A stretch of 64,000 bases of DNA, from assembly GCA_000934665.2 (NCBI GenBank), contig JYFJ02000635.1:1-64000 (forward strand). Direction: 5' to 3'. The notes beneath the pieces are model-generated. The model saw only the letters and a program-made list of their open reading frames with translations, was not told where the DNA came from and made no database searches. The DNA comes from Catajapyx aquilonaris. Its lineage: Eukaryota. Below are positions 50,785 to 64,000 of this stretch, piece by piece; within the stretch, counting starts at the first letter, position 1, and every line of letters starts with the position of its first letter. A program made the position numbers and the translations under genes.

Positions 50785-52713
50785 TCAGTATGAAAATAAC
50801 AATGATGATGTTAAGGAAAAAACGTGGTCAAATGGAGTGGAAAGTGCCATATAAGTATCCGTAAAACTGCATTTCACTCGGAGATTCATGTACAGTATCC
50901 CGCGTTTTCCCCCTGACCTTTGTAATTAAATGCCATTAAATATTCAGTTCATTAAATACTCCCGCCAAAGGGCATCATTGGAAAATTAAACAAATTTAAG
51001 CCTTCATCCTTAAACACTCGTGCATATTGCTGACCCTTCCCATTGCATTCTTGTTGATGTGGATTTATGTATTGTGGTGTTAAGAGTGCTAAGTGGGGGA
51101 GTACTGTATAATGGGAAATTATTGCGAGCACTCTTCTGAGTTTCTTCATCCAACCTCACTACTCTAGGTAATTTATTATCGCAAGTCGGGATTACCCCCT
51201 TTTTCTCGTATAGGTAATGCAGATGATGGCGTAACTTATGCCTGTAACTAAATAATGAATATTCATTACGACTTCTTCAATATGGCGAAGACTTCAGGAA
51301 TTTTCATACAGCCTCGTACACGTAACAGTGGAAACAAACAGTGCATATAAAAGGCTGGCAAAATGACAAGTGCGATGCATAACAATGACGACGATAAGGT
51401 GGCGATATCATCAGGGGTCCTCCATGGTCATTGGTGCCATGAACCCCAGTGGATTGAACCTTGATTGGCAAAACCCCTGTGCTGGGAATGGCCCTTTTCA
51501 GCCAACGTGTCGGTCCCATTAGTATAAATCCACGGCCGAGGAACAACACAATGTCCGTATGACAATCGCCGTGCGATCCTCCAATGCAGCAAGACCACCT
51601 CCGTCAAATTACCGCATGGTTCCGCCCGCAAGTGTCATCCACGAAAAAAGGAGGCCTTTCCTTTCACCCCACACAAGTCGTGGATCCTGGCAAAAAATCC
51701 GATACGGCCTATTGTTTCCTAGGCCTAATCCTATCTGCACGCTGGATTAATTACCCCCCTTGCTCTTCATTGTACAGGGTGTTTGTAGGCTGCCAAAGTT
51801 TGAGGGTCGAGTGTGTCTGATGAGGGTGGGAGGATAGCATCCTGAATTTGCACCCGCTGAGCACACCTTCGCATGTGATTTTTTTTTTCAACTTTTTTTT
51901 GGCGGGAAATCGTGGGAAGCGTGGGTTGGCGAGGATACCGAGCGCAGCACCGGGTCACTCTGTCGTGAGCACCATGATTTTTCTTTTTCACCTCAGGGGG
52001 GAACTTACCTGGGCTGCTATGATTTTTCCGTCTTATTTTTTTTTCTCTTCAAACTCTCACTCAGACACGATCTGTGTTGTGCTTAAATGCAGATTTGGCA
52101 GAAGAGTTGGGCAACCGTGTTGTGCAATTCGAAATATATGGAACGTCCTTTCGGATATAAATGACGTTTGCCCAGAGGGGCTTACAGGGAAAGTGTTTTG
52201 GTCGACTTGGAGGTCGTGACCTCAAAATTGAATTGTGTACCAATATTAATCTGAACTATTGCGACCAGCTGACAATTTTGTATTAATTTATTAAATCGAG
52301 TTGACATCCAGAAAAGTCCACTTCATTGGTGCGGACGAGTTCTTCTGGCCATTGCATTGGTGGCATATGGTAATACATGGTGTTCCAAGTTTGTGGGTCG
52401 CTTTTTGTTATCACTGATATCGTCCGAATGAGTGGTTTGTGTGTAGCTTGTTGTGCCCTGATTCAGGTGCCTCCGTATATTAGCTATCAGTGGCTATAGA
52501 ATAGGATAACTTGATGAGGGGCACAACAAGCTAAAAAAACATATTTGATCGAAATTTTCTATAACAATAACTATATGTATTATAACACCCCCACGAACTT
52601 GGAACACCCTGTATATGCCAATTTTTGCTAGGATTTCTATCGTTTCATTTTTATTCCATGAATTCTTCAATAACAAATGATAGCGTTCTTGCCATGACGA
52701 ACTATCAAATGAT

Positions 52714-52758
52714 TTCCCCCTAAAAGGGCGCTTGCCCTCAAATGGGGTAATAATAAAA
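52714..52758 (+). mobile_element. 45-bp stem-loop retroposon with perfect 14-bp TSD
   Basis: AACTATCAAATGAT at 52700-52713 and 52759-52772, flanking TTCCCCCTAAAAGGGCGCTTGCCCTCAAATGGGGTAATAATAAAA. Confidence 0.8.
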
Positions 52759-55700
52759 AACTATCAAATGATAAAATACTTTACTTTTTTCGCGCAGTGA
52801 TATCCACTATACAACTGTCGATTACGATTAATGTCTGCATTTTCAAATACGTTCCATCCATAGAAAATTTTAATATATTATTCATTAAGGTTACGCTCCC
52901 ATTATTCTGGTCAATGCTACGGCCTTTAGCCCAGTCAAGCTATTTTTAGTCACCCGACATGACGCCATTATTGTGTCTAAATAATCCCCATTTCAGTACA
53001 CGAAAAAATAGCTAGAGCTCCTAATTGGCGACCATTGACATATGCTGGTTTGCAGCCTTTTTTGAGCGGAAAAGGAAAGCTGCGGTCAATTGTGAGGCCC
53101 AGCAGGAGGCTACACTTCAGAGTAATGGAAGGCTATGATATTGTGTATGTACGCGACGCAGCCTTGGCCAACGTGTGCGATATTATTGTGACACGTGACG
53201 GAGAAGGGACATTTGGACAAGTGCCGGAAGTGAGCGCTGGAGATGTATGAGCGGGACCTCAGGTTTAAATTATGCACGATTATTAAGAGCAGGCTACTGG
53301 ATTATGAATTATGGCGGGGTCTTCTGGCAGCAAAGACAACGGTCAGCAAAGGCCTTCACTGCACTGATTGAAAACGTCGACAGTGTCAAGGGAGTGACAC
53401 GTACAAATCGTTGGGCGTTGACAATTAGCATGCGACTGCGTCAACAATGCTAGAGAGCTTTTTGACAACATTGACAGCATGATATAAGATGGTTGTAGGA
53501 AATCTGCCTTGGTCTGTCAAACCATATGTTTTCAGGCAAAACTTTGTAACATATGTCAGTCGATGTAGCCTTCAATATTAAACATGATTAATCTTTTTAG
53601 TTCCGACAAGTAAGTTTTTATTTGCAATCAGCTCCAAACGATTATCAGCAGCTTCAACTACAACTGAACTTACATATTAATTTTTTGCATCGATTATGAA
53701 ATTTCTGAGTCAACGAAGGTGCCGAATTGTGTCAACATTATTAACATGAATTTGGCCGGATTCGACTTACCCGCAATTACGATTTCACAACAATTGAACC
53801 GTTGCGAACCACACCTATTCATTACACTAACCACACTAACCCCCCACAGTCCCTCAATTTGACCAACCTCCCCGTTCAGCCAACCCTAGAATCTAACTAA
53901 TTCGCCTTCAATTACAATTAATTCCTTACCTCCTCCTTAACCCCACGACAAAACCGTCCTCACCAGTTTCCGGCATGGCCTTTTTAGAAAGGGGTCGAGG
54001 TTCGTGCTCTACTTTTTCTCGCCCACTTGAAAAATCGAAAATTTGCGGGTTACCATCCCCCTCATACCCCCCTGTAAACCTCTCCGTAAAGTGGTCGTAT
54101 GTCAGCTGTTTGGTGGCCAATTGGCTGGCAGAGGCCCAACCCCTCCAAGGTGAGGTCGTGGCAAAGAACACCTTGGGCTTCCTTGTGTGTTATGGCCCTG
54201 CTTCATTTGTCCTGAGGAACACGCGTTAGAGGGTTCCTCGTGTTAGCTTTTTTTTTTTTTCTTGCTTCTTCTTAGGTTCTCATGCTTTGCACGCGGCCAC
54301 TTCCGCATGGTCTGTGTGAGACGTCGGATGTGCTGGAGGTGGCGGTGAGGGCATCATGTATGGGTGGGTGAAGTGGGCGCAGTGTCGACTGGGGTGTTGT
54401 CCGAGTCGAGTCGTCAGCAGGGACATGGTGTTGGTCACGGTTGAGGTCGAGTCCAAACACTGGTGAGTTTTTTTGTGTGCATATTCTTGTTTGTGAGTTC
54501 AATGGTGATTGTCACATTTACAGATGACAAGTGCAGTACGATTGTACTGATCTACAGGTAAATGTAAGTGGTTTATATAATAACAACAATGACAATGTTC
54601 GGGCATGTACTTTTTGGACAGGAGTCGTGATATGGGAGTGAGGATGATCAAAACATTGTCAGCTTGACGTTTGACGTTCGACGTCCTGCACCTTGTCGCC
54701 TACAAAAGTGCAGGTCATCTTGAGGCTATAGGCAAGGGTCACAACATGTCCTACATAATTTTAATGACGTACCTCATTTCCAATAGATTCGCTTTCGTCT
54801 CAAGAATTTCCCTTTCAAATCATCTGGTGCACATTTTGAACCTAATTGCGCCCATTTTCTTCTCGATTTGACAAAGCACACCAGAACACAGCATGTACTA
54901 CACGTGCATTTTCTTATCCTACATGCCATTGTCTCCGAAAAATGTCAGGAAGTAGAAAACTCGTGCCCATTAATTTAGTCCTTGATCCACATACTTAAAG
55001 TATCTATTTAATTAGTTACCCTTTCCAGTATCACACATTGTTCGGCCCTCATTAACCCTGAGCATGCATGATATAAACTTAGTTATGACTCCCGAAAAAA
55101 ATTGTGCTAGACTTCCCTGGACCTATGTCATTCTCCTGCTCCCAAAATCGTGTCTGGTTAGCCTCCGGACCCAACAATGGCCGGAATTGGACCAGGAAAA
55201 ATACTCCCTAGCCGTAATACTCGTGAGTCCTTCCTCTTCCTAAATACGTGGGAGAAGATCGCCTGCTCGTGCCTCAACTCTCGACATTTTTTCCCCCCCT
55301 GTATGTCCATGGGGCAAACGGAGCCATCAATTAACACGAGCAACAACTGTGAAAAAAATAGTTTTTTTGTTTTTTTTGCAAAGATAGAGCGGGGGTGTTG
55401 CGCTGTGAATTAATAGTGCCCCCTACAACCTCCTGATTTCTTTATATAGAGGGGGGCATGGGACTCGCCCATCCACATCTCACTCGTGAAGGGTATGGAT
55501 GGGGGGTAAGGGGAAGAGGGAGATTATACGCATGACTTGGGATGAAATCGAGCAGCGAATCTCCTGTCGAACAGAATTTTTCGGCTTCACATGAGCCGAC
55601 ATTTTAGCGAGACGGTTATGAGATGATGAGGGGTTATGTTGCTATAGGCGTCTGTTGCTGAAGAGTAAATTTTATGGGTGCTTCCAAGACCAGGATGGCC

Positions 55701-58700
55701 AGCAACAAACACTTTGTTTCCAACAGTGTGACAAAATAAACCTTGGCAGTAAGTAGAATGTCCGATAGTGTTAGTGTCACTTGCACACGAATGACGATTA
55801 ATAGGTGCACGCCCTTTGTTATGGGCTTCAGAAACATCGCCTTTCGCCTGGTAACCACCCAAGAGAACCATATCTCGTTTCTCCATCTGGCAAAAAAACA
55901 ATAGAGCACGCGTGGAAAGGCTCACATGAACCCTGCTCCTCCCACCTGCATTATTTCTTGCACCAAATAAAAATTGGAACAAGGTCGAGAAATGACCGCA
56001 GGTCATTATGGAAGAAGGCGGGGGAGGAGGTACGCTGCGGGACAAATTACACGACATAACGGACCAAATGGTCATCTTCCACACGTAGACCTCTGGAGTT
56101 ACGCACAGTTATGGTCCCGTTTTTTTCTACAATTTTTATATGCCGGAAGGTATCTAAGAAGTGGGAAAAAAACAGATGAATATCGTGCTGCGCAAGAGGT
56201 TGCAGGAGATCTTATAAATAAGGCGGACTTTCTCACCTGTTCTGCTGCACAATAATTGTTATATGGGGTGTGGAGGGGGATAGTGGAGATGGCTTTAATG
56301 ATGGAGGCCAGCATTTTCGTGCTGCCTTGGCCATTTCGTTTTCACCAGAGGTGGACATGGCAATTGCCACTTTGCAAGCCTCCATTATGTCACCATTGAG
56401 GTCTCTCTTGAAAGCTTGCGGAATCGCGATGCAAATATCAGGTTCCTACACGCCTTGCCAACAATAAAGATGTCAAGTGAAGGGGCAATGGAATAAAGTG
56501 CACAACTCGGCGTCAATTATTTCGCATGCGCAATGTAGGGCAATTGTCACGATTTTTATGATTGAAAACGGTATATGAAATGCTTCCTTTCATGAGGTGC
56601 TGCATGGATTCAACAGATGAAAGAGGGATAATGTCAGATGTACATGTTTTATGAGGAGGAAGCAAGATTGTTTACACCTGAATTGTGAGAATTAGGTCGA
56701 CAACAACGGACTGTTGCTTACTGTAATTTGTACGAATCGGGCGATGAGTGCTGGAGTGACCCACAATCGCACTTTCAAACTTTATGTCAAATTCATCTTT
56801 CACTCTCGTTAGAATATGAATTACGGATCATTACGTGATTAAATCATTTCCGTTGCATCCAGGAGTAGGCCATAATTGCGCAAAGGTCTACACAAAAACC
56901 TTACCACAAGATGTGTCAGCTGTTGTGTATTGTTAACTGCAAAGCAATAGCCTCATTCCAAACTGGCTCATCCTTATTGATGATGACATAATCCTATTAG
57001 TTATACTGATTTGTGTTACGACGCGACGCGACGTGTCTTTTGAATACACAAGATGGTGCATGCAAAAGGTGCAACTTCTTCTCCGCCTTTGTTTTTTTTT
57101 GCGATTTTCCAAGGCTTCTTACCCAAGCTGATTTTGGCGGTTTTTCCGTTACGGAGAAACACACGCTAATTTATGTTGTGCTCTCCAAGGCTACAGCATA
57201 ACCCTGCATAATATTCGCCAGGTCGGTTGATTCTTTGGCATATACCAATATCAAAACATACGTACAGTACATATAACTTTTGGCTGGGGAGACGACAGTA
57301 CGGTACAAGGCAGCAATTAAGCATAGCCGATTACTCATTTGAATGATGAGGAATATCGTGCTGCTTAGACCACTCAAACACCGCCGTGATAGTCGAATTG
57401 TCCAACCAGCAGGACACCTATCATTTACATGAAAACGTCACTAACACTTGATTGCCACCACATGTACACTACAGTACTAATTACGCCTCCTAGTCAAAAA
57501 TGATGTAACGTAGGCTTATTACAATCTTTTGATCTTTGCATAGATCATACTTTCCAGTGTGTCAAGGGTAATTGAGGGAATTGCTCTAAAATACCGGTTT
57601 TAACAGAAATTAGCTCCTAAAGAATAATGTTGACAGGTAGGCCTAGTATCCTGACGCCATAATTGTCAGAACTGTTATTATGCAATGCTAGTCACTGCAT
57701 ACAGTATATTCCTGTGGTAGGCTATATATAGTCTTAAATGTTGAAGAAATACATTTGCTCGTTTATAAGTTTGTTAGTGATGGTTCAGATCTTTCTTTTA
57801 GTAGGATGAGGGAGACAATACTGCACATGATGGGGATGTCTTGACATCAGCGACCACTTTTCTGCATGTTATAATCAAAATGTGCCTATAAATATCCAAT
57901 AAAAATATATTCCCACCAGTTTCTTTCCTCGAACAACTCGTAGGAAATTTTTGCACTGTAACTTTGTGCTAGAGATGCTGGTACCTACATGGCAGTGTCA
58001 ATTATAAAACTAGAATTGCAATAAGTGGGTCTCAGATCACACTCAGTTATCACGGTGGCTTATCTGGAATGGATGGTGTTCAGATAAGGTGGTGAGTGGA
58101 ACCCGGAGCACGAATTTACGTGGCCACTTGATATTTGAAGAAATTGCTCAACTGGCTAACCATGATGTCTCTACTTCTTTTTCCCTTCTAGATTTGATAT
58201 TTATAGTCGACACTTGATGGCACAAGTTCCTCCAGATTTCTCACCCTTTTAGATCGTGTTCTTACCCGAAAGCTCACTCAGTTACAAAATGACCAGCTTT
58301 TACGCCGCAATAACACTCAAACCAGTTCGTAGATATCTCAGATGTCACTTTGACCAGCGTCAACTCAGGACGAAGGTCAATTAGACCCATTCACGACACT
58401 GTCGGTATGTACCACTCTTCTTGGCAGCCATGATGGCTCGATCGACTGAAGACGACCCCCTCCATTACGCTCCTCGTCCTCCACCTTCCCTCCTCCCTGG
58501 TCTTTTGGCTCCAACACGGAAAATGCATTAAAGGTGTGAAGAATACCAATTGGCTTTCTTGTTAACTTCCATCAAGAGCGGCGGGAAAAAGAAGACATTA
58601 TTTAGCCCTAGCTCACGAACTACGAAGTTGTAATACTTCCTGTAGGCTACGTTTTAATTGGGATGCAAGTAAAGGGTCTCTTCGGTGCCTACGTATACAC

Positions 58701-59087
58701 AAGATAGTGCAGGAGGGTAAAAGCGTGAGGGGGCCAAATTTGTAATGTTGGGTGAAATAGGCGGCAGGCATGGTGGAACACCTTTTTTTGTTCAGGCTGG
58801 GTGCGATAAGTTATTGGCGGGATTTTGCTTCGTGTTTTGCCATCACGCTTGATTGCTGTTCAAATGTGGCTTTTGCATCATTGGGGTGGGATGCATTCGA
58901 AGGGCACGATTAGGATCTATTTTATTCCCCAAGATCGGACAGGATTTAGGACTTGTAATAATATGGGTGTTATTTTCTCCTAGAGTCTGCTTATACGTTT
59001 CTTTGACAGCCAGTGAAATGATTCAGTAGTGCAACTAAAAGACATCTTCATATTGTGCACCCAAAAGGTGTAGGCATACCGTACATA

Positions 59088-60506
59088 TGTTAGGCTCAAA
59101 CCCCGAAAACGGTCATTGAGAGAAAAAAACGAACATTTCGCGGAATGCTATTTTCAAAACGGACATATCGCGAAATGCTCGTTTTCAAACGAGCAGACCC
59201 TGAAATTCTCATTTTTAAAATGTCAGAACGCTTTTATGGACTACACAAAAATGTCAGGACGCGAAATTAGTGTCGTGGCTCTTCAAAAAAAGCCTATGAC
59301 GCGCTGTGGCAGTTTCTTGTTACCCACTACGTCACATACGTAGATAACAACAATAGGGTGATTTATTTCCTTTATTTCCAGCATCTACTTGTCACGGCGC
59401 GTTATGGGCTTTGTCTGAACCAGCCACGACACTAATTTCGCGTCCTGACATTTTTGTGTAGTCCAGAAAAGCGTTATGGCCTTTTTAACCCTGTACTGCA
59501 CACATTTAGGATTTTGGGAAGACACCATTTCTAACGCCTTTTTCTCATCATAGGCGACGCAGGGATGGTTTTTATTATGTTTTGGTCACCTCTGACCCAA
59601 TGACTTTGAAGATACATGGGCTGAGACAAAAGTCATGGCGAGTATTTTTTTAATTAAAAAACGGTAACACATACAGAGATGACCTTTGCTCAGTTTTGAA
59701 GGTCCGGCGATTAAAATTTGATCCTGATATATAGATGGCATCCATATCGCAAGGGGGCCAGAAAACTAAAGCCGATCATAACCCCCACCATTCCACCGCC
59801 GCATGCAGCTCGGGGTGGAGGGTCACGTTCCTCTTTCGTTTACCGGCTCCCCTTGAGATCTCTGGGCCATTTATAGTCCAGTCCAAATTGTAATCGCCGG
59901 ACCTTAAAAAGGTAGTAATGGTCATATTAGTACATGTTACAATTTTTGAATAAAAATACGCACAATGACTTAGGACTCAAACCTCAAGCAATATTGTGCC
60001 TGCGCCGCCAAAAAATTGTGATGAAATTGTGCTGGAAAAATTAGAATGGCCGCAAATGGCGACGAGAGTGCTACTCTTTGCAGTTTGCACATGTAATTGG
60101 ATATTTAATATATGCACTTATACATCTAAATCAGCTCCAGATATAATTGCTGCTTCAGCAAATTCAAATTTTCAATGATCTTGGCTTCTCTCGCTTCATA
60201 TACCGTATCCTGACCGTGTCATTTGTCGACATTGCTTGTCATCTAGCGGAAGCTAACAAATTAAACTAACTGTGACATCAAGCCACACTCGGGTTTCCAG
60301 ACCAACGTTGAAGCTTATGGCGCCTGCGCAAATTAATTGTTGCCCTCAAGTAACAATGCGCGGTACAGGGTTAAAAATAGCATTTCGGGGTATGCCGGTT
60401 TTAAATGAACATTTCGCAAAATGGTTTGAAAAGGAGCATTTCGCGATCTGTCTATTTTGAAAAGAGCATTCCGCGAAATGCCCGTTTTTGGGGTTTGCGC
60501 CTAACA
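59088..60506. mobile_element. TG...CA long-TIR MITE (Ginger-like), copy 3, 4-bp TSD CATA, interrupted by a nested element
   Basis: CATA|TGTTAGGCTCAAACCCCGAAAACGG ... CCGTTTTTGGGGTTTGCGCCTAACA|CATA; the arms pair over more than 200 bp once 59489..60370 is removed. Confidence 0.88.
59489..60370. mobile_element. Non-autonomous piggyBac-type element, TTAA TSD
   Basis: TTAA|CCCTGTACTGCACA ... TGCGCGGTACAGGG|TTAA (12/14 TIR match); internal inverted repeat at about 59630-59725 / 59880-59972. Confidence 0.85.
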
Positions 60507-63500
60507 CATATACAGTATACGATAGGACTCATGTTCCTTGCGAATTTCTAACAGAAATTGCTCGTGATTTAGGATCCACGACTGCAATAATCACATGCAG
60601 ATTTTTGCCCATCTAAGAAAATGCAAACAAATGGATATAAAATGAGTACATTCTACAGGCCAAACTACAATCACACCCAAACGTTACTCCTTCAAAGAGC
60701 AACGTCAGCCATTTTTATGATAAACCATGTGACGCCTTCAGACACCTTCTGAACAGGTTTGTGAGTAGTCCAACAAACTTCGTGTTGCTAAAAGTAATCC
60801 CGCATTATTAATGAGATAACCTCTCACGTTTCAGCATGTTACATGTGCCACCTATTATATACCATCCAAGGCAACTGTCCAACTACGACTTTACCAGCCA
60901 TGTCTAATTCAAGTTTGGCGGGTTATCAAGCAGTGCTCCAGTGGCCCCCTGCCGTACTAACTACCCTCTTCATCCCATTAAACCCTTTCCTCCACCTCTC
61001 CAGAGTGACCATCCGAAGTCGTTCTGGAGAATATTGTGAGCCAAGAAGAAAGGCGTCAGGCTAATGACTTCATTCTGCTTGTAGCTCAGTTTAGCTGCCA
61101 AGGACACAACAAAAGGTGCTTTGAAGAATGCGCTGTATCTCTGGCGTGAAAAATGGATCTGCAGGATATTCGCCACTTTTGGCAAGGTCGTTTCTCATGC
61201 AACAGGCTCAGCTACCCTTCATTGTTTTTTGCACTCCTTCACAGATGTCAGTTCACTACAGTGTCTCAAAAGTTGGCGCAAAAAGTACACTGGAAAGGTA
61301 TGCATGCCATAATGAAATAAAGAATCATTGCTTTTAAAACGTCCTGTACTCAGTGGTTTGGGTGTGAGTGCCCTTTATTTTTGCAATATTTTGCTTACTT
61401 TTATAACTCTGATGAGTCTTGAAATACACGACGTGAGCTGCGACTTTATAAATAATTGCTACATGACATGCAGATAATAATAGGGCCTCTATATTATAAT
61501 GTGTGCTTCTGCGCTTTATATTTGGCAAAAGTTGGGACCAATTGCTACTTATACTCACCAACCGCCTGGTTTTTTGGGGTTTAAAAATCTAGTTATTGCA
61601 TTAGCCTGTCCTTTGCACACAAAAAAAGGTTGTGCCATTAACCTCCAACAGGGCCGAGCATAACACATGATTAGCAATTACACACAAGAGCCCCCTTTAA
61701 AAAAACTAGTTTTGCAAATACCACTCGTCAAGTAAGTGGATGTGATAATTTTCCCTACCTGACAGCTGTAACACAAAATTAGTTACCTAAAAATAATTCT
61801 CATCATCTCGCCATCATCTTGACGAGGCTCTTAAGCCTTCCAAAAATGGGCATTCAGCGTGATTTTGGGCACATAAGAGATGGGGATGGAGGTATAATTT
61901 GGTGGCAAATTGCGTTCCGGTCCAATTTGCATTCTCGGAGCATAAAACAAGGGGTCGTAAAATAGAATCGGGTAGGTTCGTTCGTGGGGGTAATCAAGCA
62001 GGCTTTTACTAATGAGTCTCTTTGGGGGTTTATCTGCATGCTTTATCTGCTTTTCGGGTTGTGTACATATGAAGGGATGGCCAAGGCACTTTGTGTGGCG
62101 ATTTATCATGCTTTAGTTCGAGTTAAGCTATTGCTTTGCAGAAATTACTGCATATGCTAAGTACTGTAAGTGCTTCTGACAAGCAGGTGTTTTAGAACGT
62201 ACTTTTGGATAGTGTTAAGCAGGGGCAATGTTAGTTGTATAAGTGGGTTTCACTGTTGACGGTGTGTACACTAATTGTTGCCAGCAGTTAATAACATGGA
62301 AAAACCACTTATATAAACGTGCAGCCCGGACTAAATATGTATGCATGTTTTCAATAGTACAACCCTAGCATTACAATATCAAATTTTGTCCCAAAGAGCA
62401 ATAATATTTTATGACCACATACTACTCGAGTAATAAAGAGGCGGATTATTCATACAACGTATAAAGAGACAATATTTTGATCATTTGGATAGCCCTTCAC
62501 GTACCAAATATTTAAAGGGGGTTATTGCTGCGAGCAGAACCCATTGACCTGCTTGGGTCTCAAAACATCAATCTTGTTAATATTCACTTTTATTATTGGA
62601 AGCCATTCAGGTTTTTTCCCGGGCCCAATAAAACATTGTTTATATAGGGCCAATGTAATCAATCATTCATATAAAAAAGCGAATCATGATCAGATGTGTT
62701 CCTTATCTTGGAATACATTTGCCTCGTTGTGTCTTATATTTAGTTGGGATCTTCCAATAAAATTTCTACCAAAGTGAAACGATGTGTTCCATTTGAGGTG
62801 TCCGTATCTGTTATACAGTAAATCGTTAGCTGAAACAGACACCTCATTTGGAAGACACGTCTTATTTTGTGCGTTTATGTCAATTGACACTTGCCGCTTA
62901 TGACATTTTAAAATATGCACCTGTGCATATATCCTCGTTTAACTACTCATGCGCAGATCCTTCTTTTGGCTGCGTATAGTCCACATTTCCCCTAATGATT
63001 CGTTTTGCAGCACGTTCTTTAGTTCAAAGTTATTCTCGTCACGCTGTGCCTGCCGGTAGCTCAGTACTCACTCCTTTAGACATTAAGATAGTTGCAACAT
63101 GAGATCTGGAATGAGCCGACTAACTAGGGACGCCTAGAGGGACATATAGTTACTGTTCGCTAATTGACCAAGTTGTTATTTTCTAAATTAGGGGAAAAAA
63201 TTGCCAACTCGTGTTGAAATGGAAATGGCAGAAGTGCGTCCCGAGGGAGAGATACACTTTGAAATAACAAAGGTCCTCGACCGGTCTTCTATTCACCCCC
63301 CCCCCCCCACTTCCATCTTTCCCTCCTCCCTCTGCCTCCTTCCTTTCGTCCTTCCAAAGTCCAAGCGAGGAGGCCTATACCCTGGGCAATTTGTAGATCC
63401 AAAAGACAGCGAACTGACCTATCCTAGTCATGCATGAAGGACTTGATAAAGGGCCCTACCTGAGGGTAGATGGGGGAGGAAGAGCATTCCGAGTAATAGA

Positions 63501-64000
63501 AAAGAGATGGCCAATGCCAGAGAGATAATTACGGTCATCCAGGACGGCCATCTTTGCTTGGTAATCCGCCTCTGAGACACGATTTTGCCTCCAATTGGAT
63601 CCTACTCAGCAAGGTTTGCAAGTTTGACCATTTAATAATAGAAGATAGGATTTTATAGGTTTTTATGAGCCACCTACATTGGATGTTGATTAATAATTAA
63701 TATTATTTCAATTATATATTCACTTCCCATCACTTGCTTCATTAGACATTAATGGAATGTGACCAATTCAAAATGTGGCATCTGCCCTTTGCCTGGCAGA
63801 GAGGATTGTTGGCATGCGGGTAACTGTCTGACAATAGCCGCGCAGTTAGAGGTAAAAGAAGCGTGATTGTTGCCTTTTCATTCCCGATCAATCAATCAGA
63901 CCCCTTCCTGTCTGCGTTACATCCGACTTGCTCTTATCCCAAATTGGCGCCTAAAAGCCTTTCCTCGTAACAGTTCCGTTATAATTATCCTTAGGAAATT

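Noticed and set aside
61408..61440. Hammerhead-like CTGATGA-GTC...GAC
   Set aside because: The required GAAA after stem II is absent (GTGA), and no stems I or III are evident.
50000..64000. Many 60-165 aa ORFs in the last 14 kb
   Set aside because: No recognisable domains or consistent exon chain; consistent with intergenic or intronic sequence.

Overview
Eukaryotic (metazoan, arthropod-like) genomic DNA, AT-rich, intron-containing and dense in small repeats. Most ORFs in the supplied track are spurious, and the real genes had to be rebuilt by splicing. (1) A complete 10-exon bestrophin (Ca2+-activated Cl- channel) gene on the + strand, CDS 23947..46464, 2160 nt / 719 aa, with all exon phases consistent. 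(2) The last five coding exons of a minus-strand gene encoding two tandem CUB domains and no transmembrane segment (9322..1028); its 5' exon was not found. (3) Three intact initiator tRNA-Met(CAT) genes and one decayed copy, in or next to the CUB gene's introns; the decayed copy is split at its B-box by a 354-bp foldback element. (4) Many non-autonomous transposons: Ginger-like MITEs (one carrying a nested piggyBac-type element), Sola-, hAT/P-, Harbinger- and pogo-like MITEs, a Helitron, tRNA-derived SINEs, and a family of 45-65 bp retroposed stem-loop elements. I found no prokaryotic systems, CRISPR arrays or autonomous transposase ORFs. Superfamily assignments rest on terminal and target-site-duplication (TSD) signatures only; no database search was run.
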